Positions 59,201-64,000 of a DNA stretch of 64,000 nt are shown in pieces. The DNA comes from an uncultured archaeon (GTDB lineage: Archaea; Asgardarchaeota; Thorarchaeia; Thorarchaeales; Thorarchaeaceae). Under the pieces are notes generated by a model, which worked only from the letters and a program-made list of their open reading frames with translations, was not told the origin of the DNA and did not search any database. The stretch spans positions 4,940-68,939 of the forward strand of contig CAZSWP010000017.1 of NCBI GenBank assembly GCA_964610875.1, in the 5' to 3' direction. The position numbers were made by a program, and so were the translations under genes. Positions within the stretch are counted from its first letter, which is position 1, and each line of letters begins with the position of its first letter.

Positions 59201-60397
59201 GTCACCATTTATTGCAGGATAGAATGCCCAAATATCTCGTGCATGACTGCAATCCTGATCACCCATTCGTGTTGAAACTGCTTTTGTAGCATTCACATAT
59301 GTTATTGATGTATAGATGTAGTCACCTTTGTAGATGTACTCACCAGCATCCAGAACTGCGGGAAATGATGCAGCACTATTGTTGATGTATTTCCAACCTG
59401 TATCCGCCTCCATGCTTGATGTCCAGACATATACCTCTGTATCGTCTTCGTGTGCCTGAATCCAGTACTTCCCTTCATTTCGTGAATCAAACCCTTCAAC
59501 GCCACCAAGTACCCACTCGGTCGCAGTTCCAGAACCCAATTCCGAAACTCCTGGGAACCAATCATTGATAGCTGAATTTGAACCCTCATCACCCTGGCCT
59601 ACATGCACAGCCATTGGATAATTTGAATACACGGCATAGTAACCTTGGAACAAAGAGTACGAGTATGGTTCTGGTTCATATCGTGCTTGTTCATATGCAC
59701 TAAGAGTGCCATTGGGAACATTTGTGGTATACACACTGCCACTTGTGCCAGCCCATCTGTCATCCAAGTTTCTTGGATCATCCCATACCTGATTATTTGT
59801 ATCATACTTCTCAATGTTGTATTGATTATTATCATAGTATGAGATTAGACTCAATAGAGAGAAAGTGTAACTCTTGTAGATGAAGGGATAGAAATCGGGA
59901 TAACTGACTGACCCAACATCTTCCTTAGCATAGTAAATGTAGTAATTGGGTTCTCTCTGGCTTTGACTAACATTCACAAGAAATGTTACCCTTGTTGAAA
60001 GAATGTAAGTACCAGTTGCATCATAAGTAGTATTCCAAATCTGGAAAGGCTGGGGGGTCCAATCAGGATCATCATAATATAGAACTCGAATAGAACCGTC
60101 GTAACAATGTCCTGCTTCAAACTCGAGGAAGAGATGTACTGGTGTATTGATTCTATCCGACACACCGGGTTCTGTGAAATTGTAGTATCTACGATAAATG
60201 TAGGAACTATTCCACCATTTTGCCAAGTCTTGTTCATTGGCAGCTAGTTCCACGTCACCATTCTTCATCGTTAAATCATCACTAGTGTCATCTGCAAAAG
60301 ATGACGGGTTCATCGTCGCTGGCTCTGCTCCATTCAGAGGGAGGAGTAGCATAACAGCAAATACAGCTAGAATTCCAATCTTTACTATTCTATTCAA
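53234..60397 (-). CDS. Giant (2387 aa) type-I membrane surface protein with a beta-rich ectodomain, one TM helix and a 275-aa cytoplasmic tail
   Basis: The TTG start is preceded by GGAGGTGGA. The signal peptide is MNRIVKIGILAVFAVMLLLPLNGAEP. There are CarboxypepD_reg-like units (PVEGATVTLYN..TDANGLIIFEGL) and many roughly 100-aa beta modules. The TM helix is LVVPVSLLMTILYMTVLFGAVAGAAVG, followed by YRRWK. Confidence 0.85.
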   Translation of the reverse strand: MNRIVKIGILAVFAVMLLLPLNGAEPATMNPSSFADDTSDDLTMKNGDVELAANEQDLAKWWNSSYIYRRYYNFTEPGVSDRINTPVHLFLEFEAGHCYDGSIRVLYYDDPDWTPQPFQIWNTTYDATGTYILSTRVTFLVNVSQSQREPNYYIYYAKEDVGSVSYPDFYPFIYKSYTFSLLSLISYYDNNQYNIEKYDTNNQVWDDPRNLDDRWAGTSGSVYTTNVPNGTLSAYEQARYEPEPYSYSLFQGYYAVYSNYPMAVHVGQGDEGSNSAINDWFPGVSELGSGTATEWVLGGVEGFDSRNEGKYWIQAHEDDTEVYVWTSSMEADTGWKYINNSAASFPAVLDAGEYIYKGDYIYTSITYVNATKAVSTRMGDQDCSHARDIWAFYPAINGDLAGEEFYTIDMGHSSDYTRVTNLNDTTVEVDWYRNSGSGFVFGGTLTIAANSSQLIARGTASDTNTEDILHIVAEENYMIMVEGLYNPTSATDAGDWVPTITGDRYGSNYKLWGTRSYKFMIVALENAEVDIEGYNGQTLEIPKGGMTYFMPWSTSMTLYHITSNATVGVVDVGKFSTTSPYYPTSDTGFGWMVPAYSPENDQNGFSIDLGEEVNLFELDVTVVDLDGVPVEGATVTLYNTTGDVWEDDNGRTRTGTTDANGLIIFEGLSNITYDIRTNITATWLSSSQVWESTDSTNQAITGSVTPVTITLDLASIEIHFDDLMSDSMNDNPDETTTVRLSPDGNTANFTDYDVVNSTGWAYFYRVPVGDYDVFVRYDGPVDSYTYDDMTNFGAWTISQTEFIGGSFSHPDWVLPLVTMNIYVNSWDDQPVEGATIKINNTLNENAYSITATSDENGYFEFYRIVNGTWQMDVWKDDDYPLTQTARNNTADIIQTNVQGEITFTVNLAITRLNIEVRQEGTEAVVQNAQVNVTLVGVGLIAQGNTNSSGQVTFFYIHGNMSSPYSLSYTVDVISGDQSESSVIVKCDFDWTYENVIYIIAPTYNEQYTELNSTAYFLNVRWGRNATAIVGYYDRDGDNDTSQISSYVTTWVNFSIFFESTFIGSGTWNNSGYFYVTNDGTINFTIIIDTDYWLMNASETPYTIRVSAHTDTYDDPAPITLYVTVQNALTDDGSETTSIVDYYGSHNDYQFWLEDTTNNVNVTDLDIYTYTIKRGSTTIASGDLNPSGDVFILPQSVLNQLNVDFYTLIISLEKQNYISQSITGDITVEEIPMQVIITPVSGYDWNVGTTQDITFTYIFDPDNTTNPGLSSVTVVLRWYTDAGVSYLNATKTLSASGGTFTYTFSSDLLPVGDWNLTITCSKANYAQATKALASLLTVSPAPITMGVTGSSDITVDWLGTANFLIFYERTAGSVPLSGASYTHNWTDSINVAYMGDGEYSISLGTNLESGSYVLDITFSKDNHDNAAFQLTVNIRVPLLIETEFGSSENPLEVYWTESFVLEVFLWDQSRTTTPVDSATISYDWYLESIVDLEGGLDGQGSGFYNISLNAFDAVPQSELYEIIITATDAGATTDVTTIFVRILAVPNEIILEQQYFEQYYADIFEIRFFWNNTLTGDGIETYDSSITQIVNPAVEIMGLFNHENGTYSLLIDTRTLGMTAAVSASFYIIQIDIFLEGFQTHDIPETVFVLMRETDTSLLIDVVEDVYWSDNIFITATLYDALHGGMIWESASITVYYGPYSENMINYQNGTFRVNFTSSLWFAARDEGYVLTLNYTLPNYVDSFNTTSVIVNPIEGVIIPDELTMPSDDSITVKWSNTFEVRVGVNDIYRGNVPIEFADVFYLWSGYITLHPLTFYDDNDDYFVVINAGEVPAGVYELYIRVINENYTIPDYVLDITIETVDTELSADATSYTVYTDATGLDILLTFSISDTAVSLSGNLVGATITMTYAGTDYTATYQAGTGQYQLNFDPSDIDLSYIPGVLELNITATLVNYTTITIHPSLTIYARTSLTGPSVVAEEGSTLWIVFQYFDLANQVPIGTNNVIDVSVTTPIATYTLSAGQITYNGSHYLISLVTEQIGELRAEPYSVYLSATAPMYENKTDVAIQVTISEQTLDILSPIGLSGFLVVPVSLLMTILYMTVLFGAVAGAAVGYRRWKIPVVIKQINKAVSAIEDQKTAKVENIKSMGQVISELLAAGLAELDISAPAIDVGPGYEYDVLAEETDDLLGELDALDEIGADEAPEEDISEDYESELEAELDSIVEERPVDEASDVDESEVSQDVEETEAEEVVEDDESEGAELEEAEEAEEAEQIDETDDASIETDDSETEDIEDTSSADAEVSEKPEETSSEAEGPEVEEADMGETDEEVDIDDESTSSDDDTLPEYEEIEEESESDLEEVEDESEETSESEEEKEAVSEAEEEPEEE
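53237..53866 (-). other. Extreme acidic (D/E/S/T) low-complexity segment of the cytoplasmic tail
   Basis: The last 210 or so codons are almost entirely E/D/S/T/A (..EETEAEEVVEDDESEGAELEEAEEAEEAEQIDETDD..EEEPEEE). Confidence 0.8.
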
Positions 60398-61561
60398 CTA
60401 TTCCACCTCCATCATTGCAGTAGCGTTGCTTGGATGAAACTTCTTCAGTACTTCCAGATAGTGAATGGCTTGTCGACTGGGGACCTCTTCATCATTGTAC
60501 AAGTCGACGGTTCTGCTTACTAACCATTCAGGATAGACTGTAGCAACCTCTGGACTGCATTTCAGCATCACATGTTGTCTACCATCCTCATCGTTAATTT
60601 TGAGGATAATATTGTGTTTCTCTAGTTTGGACAATTGACTTCTTAGACCGGACTTGTTTGTATCTAAAAGTTCTTGGAGATTCTCAACAAGTCGAGGACC
60701 ATCTCTTAGAATCTCAATTATGTCATACGCTTCGAAATCAAGAAGGATTTTTGCTAATTGATCGGCTTCTGTCCAGATTGTTTCAGATAGATCTTTCCTG
60801 AGTCTGGCAATATAGTCACGATGATAACGCTTAGTTGACTGTAAGAACTGCTCAGAAACTTCCTGAGGTAACTTACCACTGCGAATTGCTCTGATCGTTT
60901 CACGCGATATTTCTCTCAAGATGAAGAGAGCACGTGTCAGATATATCACTTCGGAGGATAATCCCTCAACCCAGCCAGTTGCAATGATACCCATCTTCAC
61001 TAGTGGTCTGAGTACCATGTCAACGTCAATCTTCTTTCCAACCTCTTCAAAGATTATCTGTTCAAGGTCAGAAGCTTGTAGGCTACCGTTCCTCATGAGT
61101 ACTTGTAGAATTGCACGTCTCACAGGGTCACTCAATACCGAAGCCTGTCGCTGCTCGGGTGTCATCTGAGTGTATCGAGCAATCTGTTTGTAGAGCTTTG
61201 GTACCATCTCAGTATATTTGTCATCGTCAGCATTCAGGAAAATCTGGGTTGCAATCTCAGGTAGTGCATCTTTGTAGATATCTGGGTCCTCACTTGGTTC
61301 AAGAACAAGGAATACCATAGAGGGTTGTCCCTTTAGATGCATATTCAAACCACCATAATATACTGCGAGTTTGAACTCATCAAACGCAAGTGAACTGAAT
61401 CCAGGTTTTTGTGATTCTTCGGTCTCACCTAATGTCGCAATACCATAGACCCGCATACTTGTTGTCGGGTCTAATCCCACCTTGAGCTTCTTTGGTGTCT
61501 TAGAGGTGACAACAGGACCAAGCTCATCGTCCCATTTCAAAACAGCCAATCCTTCAGGCAT
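60398..61561 (-). CDS. Longin/uDENN-like N-terminal domain plus two winged-helix (ArsR-like) domains, hypothetical
   Basis: The N-terminus is LAVLKWDDELGPVVTSKTP...FKLAVYYGG...SMVFLVLEP. The wHTH-like segments are RRAILQVLMRNGSLQASDLEQI and YDIIEILRDGPRLVENLQELLDTNKSGLRSQLSKLEKHNII. Its stop abuts the giant gene start. Confidence 0.6.
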   Translation of the reverse strand: MPEGLAVLKWDDELGPVVTSKTPKKLKVGLDPTTSMRVYGIATLGETEESQKPGFSSLAFDEFKLAVYYGGLNMHLKGQPSMVFLVLEPSEDPDIYKDALPEIATQIFLNADDDKYTEMVPKLYKQIARYTQMTPEQRQASVLSDPVRRAILQVLMRNGSLQASDLEQIIFEEVGKKIDVDMVLRPLVKMGIIATGWVEGLSSEVIYLTRALFILREISRETIRAIRSGKLPQEVSEQFLQSTKRYHRDYIARLRKDLSETIWTEADQLAKILLDFEAYDIIEILRDGPRLVENLQELLDTNKSGLRSQLSKLEKHNIILKINDEDGRQHVMLKCSPEVATVYPEWLVSRTVDLYNDEEVPSRQAIHYLEVLKKFHPSNATAMMEVE

Positions 61562-61801
61562 CTTACTATTCTCCGGTCTATTATCTCAACTATTCTTCCT
61601 TCTGGTGGACTACTTTTTCTAAGAATAAGTAGTCGCAACACATTTGATTGAATCCTACCTGTCAGGTCCCATTCAAGAGCAGGTAGCATCCATTCATCAT
61701 AAGATAGTTGAGTCTTATGTACGGAAGAAGGTGCATAATGTGTTAATAAGCGATTTTGGTTTGAATTATCTGGAATTTTATTAGCTTTTATTAGGAAATA
61801 T

Positions 61802-62983
61802 TTATGTTCTCTGCAATATGGTCACAACCATGTTGTTTCCGAATCCACCAATATTGTGTGTTAAGGCCAATTCAGCACTTGAGACTTGCAATCCTTTTGG
61901 AGCTTTCCCAATCAACTGTTGGTAGATATCATGAATTTGTGCAATTCCTGTTGCTCCAGTAGGATGTCCTCTAGCCTTTAACCCGCCAGTTGAATTGATT
62001 GGAATTCGTCCATCAACCTCAGTTTCACCCGATTTCACTAGATCAATGGCCAATCCAGGTTCGGCAAAACCAACATCTTCCATGTTTACAATTTCCAAGA
62101 TAGAAAATGCATCGTGGAGTTCAGCAATATCAATCTCATCCGGTCCTATCTTAGCCATTGTATACGCATTGCGTGCAGCATTGATGGTTGAAGTGAAAGA
62201 TGTCATTGATGCTCTATTCTGAACTGCATGATAGTCTGTCGCATGGCCAATGCCAAGAACTCTCACCGATTCAGATCTCTTACCAAGTATATTGGTCATC
62301 TCTTCACATGCCAATATGATAGCAGCAGCTCCATCACTAGTTGGACAACAATCGAATAATGTGAGAGGGTCAGCTACAATTCGTCCATTGCTAACCTTTT
62401 CAGCACTCACTTCTTTCTGAAAGTGTGCTAGAGGATTCTTCGCCCCATTCTTATGAGCTTTCACTGGAATGAGTGAGAGCTCATCACGTGTGAGACCATA
62501 CTCATACATGTACCGACGAGTGATCATTGCAGCAAGAGCAACTGGAGTAGCACCGTAGCGAGTTTCACTGTCATACGACATCATTTTTGCCAAGATCTTT
62601 GAAGCCGTTCCTCTGTCTACTTCTGACATCTTTTCCACTCCGATTGCGAGGACTAGGTCAGCGAGTCCGGAGGCAATCATTGCATAACCGTGCTCAATTG
62701 CGCTAGCTCCTGATGATGGACCACTCTCAATACGTGTAGCTCCAGCTGGAACAAGACCAAGGTCATCAGCCAGCATAGTGGATAGATGTCCTTGCCCTGT
62801 AAACTCATCTGGATTTTGACTTGCTACAACAATATGAGAGAATGAATGTCCAGAGGATTCTGATGAACTAATTGCTTTTCTTGACGCTTCTCGTGCCAAT
62901 TCCAAAAGGGATTCTTCAAGAACTCCAAATTTTGTCATTCCGGCTCCAATGATATGGACCGACCGCACCAAAGACACCCTCAT
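61802..62983 (-). CDS. Thiolase-fold protein (archaeal acetyl-CoA acetyltransferase-like)
   Basis: Carries VHIIGAGMTKFG, ASGLADLVLAIGVEKMSE, SDGAAAIILACE, GGLKARGHPTGATG and HNIGGFG. Its ATG overlaps the BCCP stop (ATGA). Confidence 0.85.
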   Translation of the reverse strand: MRVSLVRSVHIIGAGMTKFGVLEESLLELAREASRKAISSSESSGHSFSHIVVASQNPDEFTGQGHLSTMLADDLGLVPAGATRIESGPSSGASAIEHGYAMIASGLADLVLAIGVEKMSEVDRGTASKILAKMMSYDSETRYGATPVALAAMITRRYMYEYGLTRDELSLIPVKAHKNGAKNPLAHFQKEVSAEKVSNGRIVADPLTLFDCCPTSDGAAAIILACEEMTNILGKRSESVRVLGIGHATDYHAVQNRASMTSFTSTINAARNAYTMAKIGPDEIDIAELHDAFSILEIVNMEDVGFAEPGLAIDLVKSGETEVDGRIPINSTGGLKARGHPTGATGIAQIHDIYQQLIGKAPKGLQVSSAELALTHNIGGFGNNMVVTILQRT

Positions 62984-63510
62984 TCAATGAGAATGACAAG
63001 CTGTCCCTGCGTCACACTTGAACCAGGTTCTACATGTACTTCTTTAACAGTACCAGCTTGTGGAGCCTTTAGCTCATTAAACATCTTCATTGCTTCTAGT
63101 ATGCAGACAGTCTGACCACTCTTCACGGTATCCCCAATATCCACATGAACTTCGGTTATTTTTCCAGGCATCGGCGGATAAACCCCACCTGGAACCTTTG
63201 GCCCACTTGAAGCTGCACTGGGACTAGAAGTACTTGTAGCAGCTTGTTTCTTGGATCTTGTCCACATGACCTCATGCGGCTCATCATCAATTTCAACAAC
63301 GAATTTGCTACCTGCACGCTCTGCGATTTTAATGTGGTAATCTGTAACAGTGTCATTTGCAGTCCAAGAGCCATCCTCATTCTGTTCAGCTTTGATTGTG
63401 TAACTCTTACCATTAGTTTTGACGATAAGAAGTCCTCCTTCGTCCAATCTTTCAACTTCAACTATGTGTGTTTTTTCTCCTACTGTGAGTTCATACTCTG
63501 GACTCATCAT
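62980..63510 (-). CDS. Biotin carboxyl carrier protein (biotinyl domain), archaeal type
   Basis: The C-terminus is GQTVCILEAMKMFNELKAPQAGTVKEVHVEPGSSV, with the biotinyl-Lys motif EAMKM. A P/A/S linker and a beta-rich N-domain precede it. Confidence 0.85.
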   Translation of the reverse strand: MMSPEYELTVGEKTHIVEVERLDEGGLLIVKTNGKSYTIKAEQNEDGSWTANDTVTDYHIKIAERAGSKFVVEIDDEPHEVMWTRSKKQAATSTSSPSAASSGPKVPGGVYPPMPGKITEVHVDIGDTVKSGQTVCILEAMKMFNELKAPQAGTVKEVHVEPGSSVTQGQLVILIE

Positions 63511-64000
63511 AGACCACCCAATGATTTCTTTCTAGCCTGTTGCCTTCTCCCTGCAGCACTCCACTGACTTTCAGCACGCTCCCATCTACCCGGACCATAG
63601 CTTACACCAGAATGCAGTTCATCACGTCCTTCGTCTTTCCAAGCGTCAGCTCGGATTCCACCAGCCAAGCGAGCACTTCCAACACCACCACCAAGATGTA
63701 AAACTGTTGCTAGAAGTGCGATTTCAAGTTCTTCAGAGATCTCACCCTTTGCACTTCGTGATGCCTTCTTTTTGATAAAGTCCAGAGCATATTGTGGAAA
63801 GAGTGCATAGGACACCTCGTCACGTGGTTCGTGTGGGATGTCTTTGAGTGCGTCTCGAGCTTTGGGTAGCTCTGGTTCTAGTAGGTCTGCAGCTCTCACT
63901 TTGAGAGGTTCCTCATCACCAATAGATTTCTTCTTTACTTCTTCATCGACAGGCGCAGGAGGTCGCCCATAATATCCTCGGAAGTACTGCTTTACTTCAT
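63507..64000 (-). CDS. Carboxyltransferase 5S / oxaloacetate decarboxylase alpha / pyruvate carboxylase B-type subunit, C-terminal part (partial; continues beyond the window)
   Basis: The frame is open to the window edge: ..EVKQYFRGYYGRPPAPVDEEVKKKSIGDEEPLKVRAADLLEPELPKARDAL..VSYALFPQYALDF, typical of the conserved carboxylase domain. An ATGA overlap joins it to the BCCP start. Confidence 0.7.
   Translation of the reverse strand, partial: EVKQYFRGYYGRPPAPVDEEVKKKSIGDEEPLKVRAADLLEPELPKARDALKDIPHEPRDEVSYALFPQYALDFIKKKASRSAKGEISEELEIALLATVLHLGGGVGSARLAGGIRADAWKDEGRDELHSGVSYGPGRWERAESQWSAAGRRQQARKKSLGGL

Noticed and set aside
1-64000. Search for CRISPR arrays, tRNA/rRNA genes, transposases, integrases and long nucleotide-level direct or inverted repeats.
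   Set aside because: None was seen by eye. The only repetitive DNA is coding: the TSP3 array, the 55-aa repeats, the LRR and ANK units and the acidic tail.

Overview
The window is gene-dense (about 60 CDSs) and moderately AT-rich. I found no rRNA, tRNA, CRISPR array, transposase or integrase. The content looks archaeal and specifically Asgard-like. It has two Ras-superfamily GTPases, one Rab-like and one fused to a longin/roadblock-like domain, and at least four further longin/Roadblock-like proteins. It also has LRR, ankyrin and TPR proteins and two giant surface proteins of about 1580 and 2387 aa. Archaeal-style metabolism is present too: DUF35/thiolase-fold operons, a split methylmalonyl-CoA mutase, archaeal-type BCCP and aconitase-family LeuCD/HacAB-like genes. 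Housekeeping and metabolic genes include a CobO-type adenosyltransferase, the MCM large subunit, PanB, a P-type ATPase, an S8 protease, an MFS transporter, PHP histidinol phosphatase, GH36, an FAH-family protein, acyl-CoA dehydrogenase and an HDAC-family deacetylase. The best candidate for an undescribed system is a co-directional minus-strand cluster at 49.4-61.6 kb. It encodes a longin-like/double-wHTH protein translationally coupled to a 2387-aa type-I membrane giant with a 275-aa, mostly acidic, cytoplasmic tail. These are followed by a longin-GTPase fusion, three coiled-coil proteins and a small wHTH-like protein, all joined by the same GGTGGA-type ribosome-binding junctions. Other notable items are a TSP3-repeat giant flanked by paralogous methyltransferases with two frameshift-like lesions, thiolase-fold proteins that appear to lack canonical catalytic residues, a membrane protein made of about ten 55-aa repeats next to the P-type ATPase, and hidden small ORFs. 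All domain calls are by-eye motif recognition; no searches were run.
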